Source: an uncultured Mitsuokella sp. (GTDB taxonomy: Bacteria; Bacillota; Negativicutes; Selenomonadales; Selenomonadaceae). Taken from it: DNA of 64,000 bases. Shown here piece by piece: positions 6,727 through 15,753 of the stretch. The position numbers and the translations under genes are program-made. Below the pieces are notes generated by a model that had not been told where the DNA came from, made no database searches, and saw nothing but the letters and a program-made list of their open reading frames with translations. Location of the stretch: contig CAMCRT010000002.1 in NCBI GenBank assembly GCA_945877355.1, positions 3,084-67,083 of the forward strand, written 5' to 3'. The stretch's first letter is position 1, and each line of letters begins with the position of its first letter.

Positions 6727-8826
6727 TTGGCTGGTACGATATTTCTTGCACTGACCCTGGCGTTTTCCCTGGCGGCACTTCTGCTCTTTGCGGAGCGCAG
6801 CGGTCGCCTTATGAAGTATGGGCGATACGCGACAGCACTTTCCTTCCTATGCATATTGGGAGCAAGCGCCTTTCTCCTCGTTCTCTTTTTGACGAATCGC
6901 TTTGACATCGCTTACGTGGCGAGCTACTCCTCCACGGATTTGCCCCTAGTCTATAAGATTTCCGCCTTCTGGGCGGGCCAGCAGGGCTCCTTCCTGCTGT
7001 GGCTCCTGATTCACGGGGCGGTCTCCCTCTACCTGTGCTTCCGGGCGCGGGAGTCGGGGGTATTTCTGGCGCTTTTCCTCTTTTTGCAGGCACTCCTCAC
7101 CATCCTCGTCCTCGGCAAAAGCCCCTTTGCTCCCCAGGAGGTGCTGGTGCAGGATGGGGCGGGGCTCAATCCTCTGCTGCAGGATCCCTGGATGGCGATA
7201 CATCCACCCATCATCTTCATCGGCTACGCACTTCTCGCCGTGCCCCTCGTGTACAGCATGGCAGCCCTCGTGACGCGGGACAGGGAGACCATCTGGCTGG
7301 AGCGGGCAAGGCGCTGGGCCCTCGTGGCCTGGGCCTTTCTCGGGGCCGGCATCGCCATCGGCGGCTACTGGGCCTACAAGGTGCTGGGCTGGGGCGGCTT
7401 CTGGGGCTGGGACCCGGTGGAGAACTCCTCCCTCGTGCCCTGGCTCCTCACAGCCATCTTCATCCATGTGCTCTCCGTCGCCCGGGTGCGTAGGGCGGCG
7501 ATTTCCCTCGTCCACATCTCCACCATCTTCGCCTTTTCCCTGGTGCTCTACGGTACGTTCCTGACCCGCAGCGGCATCCTGGGGGATTTCTCCGTCCACT
7601 CCTTCGTCGGCACGAGCATCGGCCTGACCATTGCCGTCGTCAATGCCATCGTGCTCCTGGGGGGCCTCGTCCTGCTGACGATGCGGGCGGGGACCCTGCC
7701 GAAGGGGGAGGTCTATCCCTCCCATACGAGCCGGGAGTTCTTCCTGCTCCTGGGCGCGATGATTCTCGTGTTCCTCTCCGTCATCATCTTTCTAGGCATG
7801 TCCATGCCGCTCCTGTCCCAACTGGCAGGAAAAAGCGCGGCGGTGGATACATCCTTCTATGTGCGCACGGCCATGCCTCTCGCCATTGCAATGATGGTCG
7901 CTGCCACCTTCGCACTCCTCTATCGCTATGGCAAGGAGGCTAGACGGGAGAGCCTGAAGGCGAGCGTCGTATTCCTCGTCCTAGGCGCGCTTGCGGCCTT
8001 CGGCGTAGGCGTCCGGGAGGCGATGCCCATCCTTCTCTCCGGCGTGTCCCTTATGGCGCTGGCGGCAGCCGTCCTTTCCTGGCGAAAGGGGCTTCTTCGC
8101 ATCGGTGGCATGGTAGCCCATGTGGGTCTCTCCTTGTCCCTCTTTGCCATGGTGCTGGCGGGAAGCGGCAGCCAGAGTACATCGGAGGACTTCACTGTCG
8201 GCGAGCCGAAGGATATCCTCGGTCATGAGATTGTCTACAAGGGCCAGGAGTTCGCAGAGGACTACAGCGTAAAGCACTACGTCTACACCGTGGACGGCCG
8301 GGAGGTGCGGGCCCTGACGAAGCTCCACAAGAGCGGCGAGGACGCAGCGCGGGAGCCCGCCATCGACAAGACCCTCACCGGCGACGTCTACATCGCCCCG
8401 GTGCCCCCGAAGGACAGCAGCCGCATGGAGATCATACTGAAGCTGGGCCGCACAAACATGGGGGATACCTTCGCCTATCGCTATGAGGGCGTGGAGAAAA
8501 AGCCCCTGGAGGGCGGCAAGACCCTCGTGACCGCTGAGGTGGCCGTAACGGACGGCAACACAGTGGAACGGGTCCAGCCCACCATCACCGCCACCGCCGA
8601 CGGCGGCACCTCCGAGCCCGTGGAGGTATTTGGAGGAGAGAAGCGCATCCGCATGACCGGCGTCTCCGGCGACGAGCAACAGATCCGCATGGAAATCCTC
8701 CCATCCCTGGAGGAGGAGGAAAGCCAGCCCGTAAAGGCCAGCGTCAGCACAAAGCCCTTCATCTGGACCCTATGGCTAGGCTGCATCCTAGTCTGCGGCG
8801 GGACACTCTTGGCAGTAAAACGATAA
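6727..8826 (+). CDS. ccmF: Cytochrome c heme lyase CcmF
   Basis: 699 aa with a TTG start after AGAAGGAGG. It has many TM segments, the WWD motif WGGFWGWDPVENSS, and a C-terminal periplasmic domain followed by a final TM. Confidence 0.9.
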   Translation: MAGTIFLALTLAFSLAALLLFAERSGRLMKYGRYATALSFLCILGASAFLLVLFLTNRFDIAYVASYSSTDLPLVYKISAFWAGQQGSFLLWLLIHGAVSLYLCFRARESGVFLALFLFLQALLTILVLGKSPFAPQEVLVQDGAGLNPLLQDPWMAIHPPIIFIGYALLAVPLVYSMAALVTRDRETIWLERARRWALVAWAFLGAGIAIGGYWAYKVLGWGGFWGWDPVENSSLVPWLLTAIFIHVLSVARVRRAAISLVHISTIFAFSLVLYGTFLTRSGILGDFSVHSFVGTSIGLTIAVVNAIVLLGGLVLLTMRAGTLPKGEVYPSHTSREFFLLLGAMILVFLSVIIFLGMSMPLLSQLAGKSAAVDTSFYVRTAMPLAIAMMVAATFALLYRYGKEARRESLKASVVFLVLGALAAFGVGVREAMPILLSGVSLMALAAAVLSWRKGLLRIGGMVAHVGLSLSLFAMVLAGSGSQSTSEDFTVGEPKDILGHEIVYKGQEFAEDYSVKHYVYTVDGREVRALTKLHKSGEDAAREPAIDKTLTGDVYIAPVPPKDSSRMEIILKLGRTNMGDTFAYRYEGVEKKPLEGGKTLVTAEVAVTDGNTVERVQPTITATADGGTSEPVEVFGGEKRIRMTGVSGDEQQIRMEILPSLEEEESQPVKASVSTKPFIWTLWLGCILVCGGTLLAVKR

Positions 8827-8842
8827 ACGCTCCTAATTTTTG

Positions 8843-8875
8843 AAGCAGCTCCTTTCAAGCTGCTTTATTTTTTTG
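8843..8875 (+). terminator. Rho-independent terminator after ccmF
   Basis: Stem AAGCAGCT/AGCTGCTT with a 7-nt loop, followed by TATTTTTTTT. Confidence 0.7.
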
Positions 8876-8891
8876 GAAAAAATTTGAATCT

Positions 8892-8934
8892 TGTTGCCCG
8901 CGCAACGCCATGAAGAAATATTCGGTGCTATAAT
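8892..8934 (+). promoter_or_regulatory. nrfHA promoter: TGTTGC-N4-GCAACG box plus extended -10
   Basis: GTTGC(8893-8897)-CCGC-GCAAC(8902-8906). TGCTATAAT (8926-8934) follows 19 nt later. The half-sites, the ATGAAG spacer element and the extended -10 match the crp-ccm promoter. Confidence 0.55.
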
Positions 8935-8944
8935 CATACTATAA

Positions 8945-9463
8945 ATGAAAAGTATCGAGAGGAGGGGAGCGGAATTGGATGTGAAAGGGCTCATTCAAAA
9001 GCACACGCTGGCCTGCCTTGCGGCGGGGTTCGTCATCGGCCTCGGCGTTTGCGGCGTGGGCTCTGCCATGATGACGTTTTCCGGCAGTCCAGAGTTTTGC
9101 GGATCCTGCCATGCGATGAAGGCGGAGGCGAGCACCTTTGCGCACTCCACCCACAGCAATCTTGAGTGCACGGATTGCCACCTGCCCCATGACAACATCG
9201 CAAACTACATGTTTGAGAAGGGCAAGACAGGCATGATCGATACGTACCACGAGGTGTTGCGGGACTATCCGGCGCATATCGTGCTTTCGGAAAATGGACG
9301 GAAGACGGTGGATGCGAACTGTGTGCGCTGCCATGAGAACACTATGAAGAACGTCCATGCGGATCTTGGCAAGGATCTCGACACGGGCGGCGACTGCATC
9401 AAGTGTCACAGCAGCATCGCCCATGGATCGAACCATCTTGAAGGGGGGATAAGAGTTGAGTAG
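8945..9463 (+). CDS. nrfH: Cytochrome c nitrite reductase small subunit NrfH (NapC/NirT tetraheme quinol dehydrogenase)
   Basis: One TM followed by four CxxCH motifs (CGSCH, CTDCH, CVRCH, CIKCH). The true start may be the in-frame TTG at 8975, 6 nt after AGGAGGGGA. Confidence 0.9.
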   Translation: MKSIERRGAELDVKGLIQKHTLACLAAGFVIGLGVCGVGSAMMTFSGSPEFCGSCHAMKAEASTFAHSTHSNLECTDCHLPHDNIANYMFEKGKTGMIDTYHEVLRDYPAHIVLSENGRKTVDANCVRCHENTMKNVHADLGKDLDTGGDCIKCHSSIAHGSNHLEGGIRVE

Positions 9464-10754
9464 GCTACAGAAAATCCTGTCGGGCATCGTCGTCCTTTGC
9501 GTCGTGTTCTTCGGCTTTGTGGTCTTCCGCATTGCGGCGGCACCCCATGACGACAGCGTAAAGCTGGCAAAGATCCCGACGGACAACAATCAGCAGCTCG
9601 GCACGAAGGCTTATAAGGATGCGTATCCCTTGGAGTACAATTCCTTTATGAAGAACAATGAGCAGGCACCGTCGCCCACGGGCTACGGCGGCAGCCAGGG
9701 GAATCATTCCAGGCTTGCCGAGGAGCCGGAGATGCTGGAGAACTGGAAGGGCTATAAGTTCGAGCTCCAGTATGATGACGACAGGGGACACACCTATGCG
9801 GGCGAGGACATCTTGAACACGAAGCGCCGCCCGGGCCAGAAGGGCTCCTGCATCGTGTGCAAGAGCTCCTATATGTATGATGTTTACTTCAAGGAGAGCG
9901 GCTGGGACTTCGCCTCGAAGCCCTTTGACGATATGGCAGCTCCCATCTCGGAGCAGGATGCCTGGTTCGGCTGCTCCACCTGCCATGATCCGGAGACCAT
10001 GGAGCTTCGGGTGTACAACCAGGCTTTTGTGGAGGCCATGGCACGCCGGGGCATCGACATCTCGAAAGCAAGCCACAATGAAATGCGCGGCTATGTCTGC
10101 GGCCAGTGCCATACGGAGTATTACTTCGCCAAGGCGGATGGCCGGGTCGTCCTCCCCTGGGATAAGGGGCTGGATCCGACAGAGGAATACGCCTACTACC
10201 AGACGATTCCTGGCGGCTTTGACAAGGACTGGACCCATAAGGACTCCAAGACGCCCATGCTCAAGGCCCAGCATCCGGACTATGAGATCTGGCAGTCCAG
10301 CGTCCATGCCCAGAACGGCGTGACCTGCGTCGATTGCCACATGCCCTATATGCGTGAAAATGGACAGAAGTATACGTCTCACTGGCAGACGAGCCCGCTT
10401 CGGACCACTCAGGAGTCCTGCCTCAAGTGCCACGATGAGTCGGCAGACGGCCTCCTGCAGCGGGTCAAGACCATCCAGGACAATACGTTCCGCCTGGAGC
10501 GCATCGCCGGACAAACGGTGGCGAAGGCCAACCTGACGGTGAAGGCCGCCATGGATGCGGGCGCAACGGATGAGCAGCTTGGTGCAGCCCGGGCAAAGCT
10601 CCGGGAAGCCCAGTGGTACTGGGATTGGGTCGAAGCCTCCAACAGCATGGGCTTCCACAACCCGGATCTCTGCCTGCGCACCCTCGGTCTCTCTATTGAT
10701 CTTGCCCATCAGGCCATAGAGAGTGCCAACGGAAGTGTAAAGGGTGCACTCTGA
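9456..10754 (+). CDS. nrfA: Ammonia-forming pentaheme cytochrome c nitrite reductase NrfA
   Basis: 432 aa with an N-terminal signal anchor, the diagnostic CxxCK active-site heme motif (CIVCK) and four CxxCH motifs (CSTCH, CGQCH, CVDCH, CLKCH). Confidence 0.93.
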   Translation: MSRLQKILSGIVVLCVVFFGFVVFRIAAAPHDDSVKLAKIPTDNNQQLGTKAYKDAYPLEYNSFMKNNEQAPSPTGYGGSQGNHSRLAEEPEMLENWKGYKFELQYDDDRGHTYAGEDILNTKRRPGQKGSCIVCKSSYMYDVYFKESGWDFASKPFDDMAAPISEQDAWFGCSTCHDPETMELRVYNQAFVEAMARRGIDISKASHNEMRGYVCGQCHTEYYFAKADGRVVLPWDKGLDPTEEYAYYQTIPGGFDKDWTHKDSKTPMLKAQHPDYEIWQSSVHAQNGVTCVDCHMPYMRENGQKYTSHWQTSPLRTTQESCLKCHDESADGLLQRVKTIQDNTFRLERIAGQTVAKANLTVKAAMDAGATDEQLGAARAKLREAQWYWDWVEASNSMGFHNPDLCLRTLGLSIDLAHQAIESANGSVKGAL

Positions 10755-10773
10755 CAACTAGTATTCCAAAATG

Positions 10774-10810
10774 AAAAGAACGGCTTCTAACGGGGCCGTT
10801 CTTTTGTATT
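10774..10810 (+). terminator. Rho-independent terminator after nrfA
   Basis: Stem AAAAGAACGGC/GCCGTTCTTTT with a 10-nt loop and a T-rich tail. Confidence 0.7.
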
Positions 10811-10827
10811 TCCTGTATTTTTTGCAA

Positions 10828-10852
10828 AGAAAAAGCCATCCCGAAGGATGGC
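10828..10852 (-). terminator. Terminator of the LysR gene (minus strand)
   Basis: Stem GCCATCC/GGATGGC with a CGAA loop. The A-run 10828-10834 on the plus strand gives a T-run on the minus strand after the hairpin. Confidence 0.5.
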
Positions 10853-10864
10853 AGGGGAAGGTGC

Positions 10865-11782
10865 TTAGCTTTCGACCTCGCAGCCGGGGTGGCCGATGTC
10901 GCAGTGGGTCTTCTTGAGGGTCTCTTTGCAGAAGTCGATGAAGGATTGGGCGGCCTTTGAAATGTAGCGATCCTTTTTCCAGGCGAGACCCACATCCACG
11001 AAGAGGGGATCGGCGAGAGGCACGGCCACGACGCCTGGGGTGTCTTCCACGACGATGTCCAGGAGAAAGCCCAGGCCGACGCCGCTGGCCACAAGGCCCT
11101 TGAGAGTCACCACCTGGTTGGACTCCAGCACGATGTTCGGCGTGATGCCGGCGGCCTTCATGTGCTCCAGGATGGTCTTCCGGAGGAAGGAGCCTTCCTT
11201 GAGCATGACGATGTTTGACTGCTCGATTTCGTCCCAGGTGATGAATTTCTCCTTAGCGAGGGGGCTGTCCTCCGCAACGCAGCAGACAATCTGGTTGCGG
11301 GACATGGGGAGGAGCTCGAGGTTCTGGGCGGCTCCCGATATGATGATGATGCCGAAGTCGAGCTCATCCCGCTCCAGCTGCTCCCGGATGGACATGGAGC
11401 CCTCCTCGTGGAGGTAGATGTCGAGATGGGAGTAGCGGCGCTGGAAGCTGGAGAAAATCTTCGGGAAGAGATAGGCCCCGATCATGGGGGGGATGCCAAT
11501 TTTGATTGTCCCCTTCTGGAGCTGCTTGTAGTCGTTGACCTCGAGAACGGCGTCCTGGATATTCCGCAGGGCGATTTCAATGCGGTTCAAAAAGACGGCG
11601 CCCTCCGGCGTCAGGGAGAGCTGCTTCTGACTGCGGTCAAAGAGCTGGATACCAAGCTCCGTCTCCAGTTTTTTGATGGCGACGGTGATATTGGGCTGGG
11701 AGACGCGGAGGCGCTCCGCTGCCCGGGTGATGTTTCGGAGGCGGCTGGCCATTTGGAAATATTCGAGCTGACGAAGTTCCAT
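10865..11782 (-). CDS. LysR-family transcriptional regulator
   Basis: MELRQLEYFQMASRLRNITRAAERLRVSQPNITVAIKKLE is a canonical LysR HTH, followed by a substrate-binding domain. I prefer the ATG at 11782 over the track start at 11824. Confidence 0.85.
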   Translation of the reverse strand: MELRQLEYFQMASRLRNITRAAERLRVSQPNITVAIKKLETELGIQLFDRSQKQLSLTPEGAVFLNRIEIALRNIQDAVLEVNDYKQLQKGTIKIGIPPMIGAYLFPKIFSSFQRRYSHLDIYLHEEGSMSIREQLERDELDFGIIIISGAAQNLELLPMSRNQIVCCVAEDSPLAKEKFITWDEIEQSNIVMLKEGSFLRKTILEHMKAAGITPNIVLESNQVVTLKGLVASGVGLGFLLDIVVEDTPGVVAVPLADPLFVDVGLAWKKDRYISKAAQSFIDFCKETLKKTHCDIGHPGCEVES

Positions 11783-12010
11783 GGGTTCACATCCTTTGCA
11801 TAAGTTTGCTTTATTTGTCACCATTATATCATACTTTTTATGAATGTATCATTGGATAAAGGAAATTTATCACGAAAAAAATAATTTTTTTTTGCTTTCC
11901 ACTAGGAATTTCACGGATTCTATGGAATAATATAAGGAGCAGGTTCGCAGGCGAACGCGTTTGTCGGGCAAGAATGGATGTGCCCGATGCTTCACAAGGA
12001 GGCTATCATT

Positions 12011-12784
12011 TTGGAAATATCAACCGTTATCGGCATTGTCATGGGTCTTATATCCATCTTTGTCGGCATGATTCTCAAGGGCGCTCCGCTCTCGGCTATG
12101 AACAACCCGGCGGCGTTCCTCATCATCATCGGCGGTACTGTATCCTGTCTGTTCATTGCGTTCCGCATGGATGAGCTCAAGGCGGTTCCGAAAATTGTGA
12201 AGCTGACCTTCAACAAGCCGCCTGCGCATGACAAGGGCGAGCTGCTGAATCTCTTCGTGGAGCTCTCCCAGATTGCCCGCCGCGAAGGCATTCTGGCCCT
12301 TGAGAGCCGTGCCCAGGAGATTGAGGATCCCTTCTTCCGTTCGGGCCTCGGCATGGTCATCGACGGCATGGATCCAGACTTCGTCGGCGACGTCCTCGAT
12401 GCGGAGCTCGTCACAATGCAGCAGCGTCATGCGGTAGGCCGTACGATTCTTCAGCAGGCTGGTACCTACGCGCCGACGCTGGGCGTTCTGGGCGCCGTTG
12501 TCGGCCTTATCGCAGCTCTCGGTCACTTGGATGATATCAATGCACTGGGCCACGCTATCGCAGCTGCGTTCATCGCGACGATCCTCGGTATCTTCACGGC
12601 GTACGTTCTCTACCTGCCCCTTGCGAACAAGCTCAAGCTCATCTCGGAGAGCGAGGTCGCAGAGAAGCGCATGATTATCGAGGGCATTCTCTCCCTCCAG
12701 GCAGGCGACTCGCCTACGGCCATCGAGGCAAAGCTCATGGTCTTTATCCCCCAGTCCCAGCGTGCAGCGCTCAAGAAGGAGTGA
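12011..12784 (+). CDS. motA: Flagellar motor stator protein MotA (MotA/TolQ/ExbB channel family)
   Basis: 4-TM protein with a conserved C-terminal half (GTYAPTLGVLGAVVGLI...FIATILGIFTAY). I prefer the TTG at 12011, 8 nt after AGGAGG; the track ORF starts at 11978. Confidence 0.85.
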   Translation: MEISTVIGIVMGLISIFVGMILKGAPLSAMNNPAAFLIIIGGTVSCLFIAFRMDELKAVPKIVKLTFNKPPAHDKGELLNLFVELSQIARREGILALESRAQEIEDPFFRSGLGMVIDGMDPDFVGDVLDAELVTMQQRHAVGRTILQQAGTYAPTLGVLGAVVGLIAALGHLDDINALGHAIAAAFIATILGIFTAYVLYLPLANKLKLISESEVAEKRMIIEGILSLQAGDSPTAIEAKLMVFIPQSQRAALKKE

Positions 12785-12788
12785 TTGA

Positions 12789-13673
12789 ATGGCTAGAAAG
12801 AAAAAAGGCGGGCCACCTCACGAGGAAGAAGCAGGCGAGGCCTGGCTGCTGCCTTATTCTGACCTGATGACGCTCCTCCTGGCGCTCTTCATCTCCCTGT
12901 TCGCCATTTCCCAGACGGACCAGACGAAGGTGAGCCAGATGGCGCAGGCCTTCAGCTCCGCCTTCAACATGGGCGGCCCCTCCTTCTTCAATCAGATGGG
13001 CCCGAATGCCGGGCGCATGGCGGAGACCCCCTCGGACGAGGATAAGGGCAACAGCGCCTACATCCAGGAGAGCCAGCAGCTCGACGAGGTGAAGCGCGAG
13101 ATTGATGAATATGTAAAGCAAAATGATCTGGAGCAGGATCTCTCCACGACCATGACGGATGATGGCCTCATGATCCGCATCAAGGAGAGTGCGCTCTTCC
13201 CCTCGGGCTCGGCGACGCTCGGCGGTCAGGCCCAGCGCATCGGCCCCATTGTGGCAAATCTCCTGGCCCCCATGACCCAGCGGGTCATCATCAGCGGTCA
13301 TACGGATAATATGCCCATTAACACGCCTCAGTTCCCCTCCAACTGGGATCTGAGCTCCCAGCGCGCCATCAACTTCATGCGGTTCCTGTTCTCCATCAAT
13401 GGCAAGCTGAACCCGGCGCGCTTCAGTGCCATCGGCTTTGGCGAGTACCGTCCCATTGCGGATAATGCGACGGAGGAGGGGCGGCAGAAGAACCGCCGCG
13501 TCGAGATCCTCATCGCCCGCAACACCCAGTTCAACCCGAACGAGGGCATGAAGGATGCCCAGGGCAACTCCACGGGCAACATCGGCGGCTCCGGACAGAC
13601 GGGGACCCCGACGCAGATGGGCGGAGCGGCCGTCGTGACGCCGCCGCCCACGCCGAAAACTAACAATCAATAA
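12789..13673 (+). CDS. motB: Flagellar motor protein MotB (OmpA-like C-terminal domain)
   Basis: The N-terminal WLLPYSDLMTLLLALF plug/TM with the conserved Asp, and the OmpA-like region ISGHTDN...SNWDLSSQRA...NRRVEI, support the call. Confidence 0.85.
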   Translation: MARKKKGGPPHEEEAGEAWLLPYSDLMTLLLALFISLFAISQTDQTKVSQMAQAFSSAFNMGGPSFFNQMGPNAGRMAETPSDEDKGNSAYIQESQQLDEVKREIDEYVKQNDLEQDLSTTMTDDGLMIRIKESALFPSGSATLGGQAQRIGPIVANLLAPMTQRVIISGHTDNMPINTPQFPSNWDLSSQRAINFMRFLFSINGKLNPARFSAIGFGEYRPIADNATEEGRQKNRRVEILIARNTQFNPNEGMKDAQGNSTGNIGGSGQTGTPTQMGGAAVVTPPPTPKTNNQ

Positions 13674-13741
13674 CAGATTATGAGGCACTTCTATGGAGTG
13701 TTTTCCAGCATAAGAAACAGGACAGACACTGTCTTGTCAGC

Positions 13742-13773
13742 AATGCCTTCCAGACTTTGGAAGGCATTTTTTT
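13742..13773 (+). terminator. Rho-independent terminator after motB
   Basis: Stem AATGCCTTCC/GGAAGGCATT with a 7-nt loop and a T7 run. Confidence 0.75.
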
Positions 13774-13789
13774 CGAGGGGGCGTGCAGC

Positions 13790-14170
13790 TTGGTCCTTGG
13801 AATCGGGACGGATATCATAGAGATCTCACGGGTGGCGAGGGCCATCGAGCGCCCAGGCTTCGTCGATCGGGTCTACACGGAGGCGGAGCAGGACTACTCG
13901 GAGAGCCGAGGGGCCCAGCGGGCTGCGAGTTACGCCGCTCGCTTTGCCGCAAAGGAGGCCATGCTGAAGGCCCTGGGCACAGGCCTCCGGGAGGGGACGC
14001 TCCAGGAAGTGGAGGTGGCCCGCGACACACTGGGAAAGCCCCTGGGGCTGCTCCATGGAAAATTTGCGGAGCTGGCGAAGGCCATGGGGGCCACTAGGAT
14101 TCATCTATCAATCAGTCATGCAAGGGAATATGCCACAGCTGTGTGCATTCTGGAAGGAGAAGAGGTATGA
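13790..14170 (+). CDS. acpS: Holo-[acyl-carrier-protein] synthase
   Basis: From the TTG at 13790 the protein begins (M)VLGIGTDIIEISRV, the canonical AcpS N-terminus. The track start at 13757 lies inside the motB terminator hairpin. Confidence 0.85.
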   Translation: MVLGIGTDIIEISRVARAIERPGFVDRVYTEAEQDYSESRGAQRAASYAARFAAKEAMLKALGTGLREGTLQEVEVARDTLGKPLGLLHGKFAELAKAMGATRIHLSISHAREYATAVCILEGEEV

Positions 14171-15753
14171 AGCTCACAACAGGCGAGGAAATGCGGAGCG
14201 TCGACAAGAAGGCGCGGGAGGAGTACGGGATAGCAGAGCTCGTGCTGATGGAGAATGCGGGAAGCTTTGCGGCGCGGACGCTGGCGGAGAGCCTGGGGAG
14301 TGTCGAGGGCGAAAGTATCGTCGTCGTCGCTGGCAGCGGCAACAACGGCGGCGATGCACTCGTCGCCGCGCGCCATCTCGTCTGCCAAGGGGCGCGGGTC
14401 AAGGTCTTTCTCGCGGGAGAGCGGGAGCACCTGAAGGAGAGCCCGGCGGCGGTCCTCCATACGCTGGAGGCGATGGGTCTCGACATCGCAGATCTTGACA
14501 GCGACCGGGATTTTGACAGGCTGCGGCTGGCCCTTCGCTTTGCTGGTGGCGTCGTCGATGGGATTCTCGGCACAGGCTTTCAGGGAGAGCTCCGCAAGAA
14601 GACACTGCGCATCCTTGAGCTCATCAATGAGTCACATGCCTTTATCCTTTCCCTTGATATTCCGAGCGGTGTTAGTTCCGATACGGGAGATGTGGAGACC
14701 CTGGCGATACGTGCCGATGCGACAGCCACCTTTGGCGTGCCGAAGCCCGGCCACTTCCTCGGGGCGGGGGCTCTGTGCACGGGAAAGCTCTTCGTCGATG
14801 CCATCGGCCTGCCGCCGGCGCTCCTTTCTTCCGATGATATAAAGCAGTCCCTCATCGACGATGAATTGGCGCAGGAAATCCTGCCTCAGCGGGATTGGGC
14901 GGCCCATAAGGGGACCTGCGGCAACCTTCTCGTGGTGGCGGGCTCCCGGGGCATGACGGGAGCGGCGGCTCTCTCCTCCATGGCAGCGCTTCGGGCGGGG
15001 GCAGGCCTCGTGACACTGGCTGTGCCACAGAGCCTGCAGGAAATGATGGCTATAAAGCTCACGGAGGTCATGACGATGGCCATCCCCGAGACGGAGCAGA
15101 AGGGTATCCTCTCCGGCATGAAGGCCATAGAGGCGCTGCAAAAGAACGCGTCCCACTACGACGCAATCCTCCTGGGGCCGGGGCTTGGCCGGGCGCCGGA
15201 GACGCTGGAGCTCGTGCGCATCGTGGCAAAGGAGGCTCCCTGCCCCGTGGTGCTGGATGCGGATGCTATCTTTGCCTTCCGCGGCCATACCGATGCCTTC
15301 CGGGATTTTAGGAATGTGCCGATTCTCACGCCCCACCTGGGGGAGATGGCAGGCCTTCTGGGGATCTCCGTCGCAGAGATTCGAAAGGACCTCGTGGGAA
15401 CGGCCCGTCAGGCGGCCCAGGAGCTCCAGGCCATATTCGTTATGAAGAGCGAGTGCACCCTCGTGGCCTATCCGGATGGGGATGTGTTCTTTACCACGAA
15501 GGGCAATGCGGGCATGGCGACGGCTGGGGCCGGGGATGTGCTGGCGGGGACGGTGCTGGGCCTCATGAAGCAGCTGAAGGAGATGGCTCTCTCGCCGCTC
15601 CTCGGCGTCTACCTCCATGGCCTCGCAGGAGACCTGGCCCAGGAAGACCAGGGGGATGGCCTCGTGGCGGGGGATATCCTATCGGCTCTTGGTCGGGCAA
15701 GGCGCAGCCTGGTGGACAAGCAAGATACATTTGTCCACTCAAAAGGATGCTGA
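14167..15753 (+). CDS. nnr: Bifunctional NAD(P)H-hydrate epimerase / ADP-dependent dehydratase (YjeF/Nnr)
   Basis: The N-terminal YjeF_N region (AGSGNNGGDALVAARHL) and the C-terminal carbohydrate-kinase-like region (HKGTCGNLLVVAGS...GAGDVLAG) are both present. ATGA overlap with acpS. Confidence 0.88.
   Translation: MKLTTGEEMRSVDKKAREEYGIAELVLMENAGSFAARTLAESLGSVEGESIVVVAGSGNNGGDALVAARHLVCQGARVKVFLAGEREHLKESPAAVLHTLEAMGLDIADLDSDRDFDRLRLALRFAGGVVDGILGTGFQGELRKKTLRILELINESHAFILSLDIPSGVSSDTGDVETLAIRADATATFGVPKPGHFLGAGALCTGKLFVDAIGLPPALLSSDDIKQSLIDDELAQEILPQRDWAAHKGTCGNLLVVAGSRGMTGAAALSSMAALRAGAGLVTLAVPQSLQEMMAIKLTEVMTMAIPETEQKGILSGMKAIEALQKNASHYDAILLGPGLGRAPETLELVRIVAKEAPCPVVLDADAIFAFRGHTDAFRDFRNVPILTPHLGEMAGLLGISVAEIRKDLVGTARQAAQELQAIFVMKSECTLVAYPDGDVFFTTKGNAGMATAGAGDVLAGTVLGLMKQLKEMALSPLLGVYLHGLAGDLAQEDQGDGLVAGDILSALGRARRSLVDKQDTFVHSKGC

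Noticed and set aside
9465-10757. Long antisense ORFs opposite well-supported genes. Examples: 9465-10757(-) opposite nrfA, 20508-21902(-) opposite glmM, 26403-28184(-) and 28218-29888(-) opposite ileS, 15766-17004(-) opposite ilvE, 61987-63720(-) opposite smc, and 32813-34573(-) opposite sbcC.
   Set aside because: Their translations are Arg/Gly/Pro/His-rich low-complexity strings with no motifs. They mirror the frames of genes with clear family signatures. Long open antisense frames are expected in GC-rich DNA.
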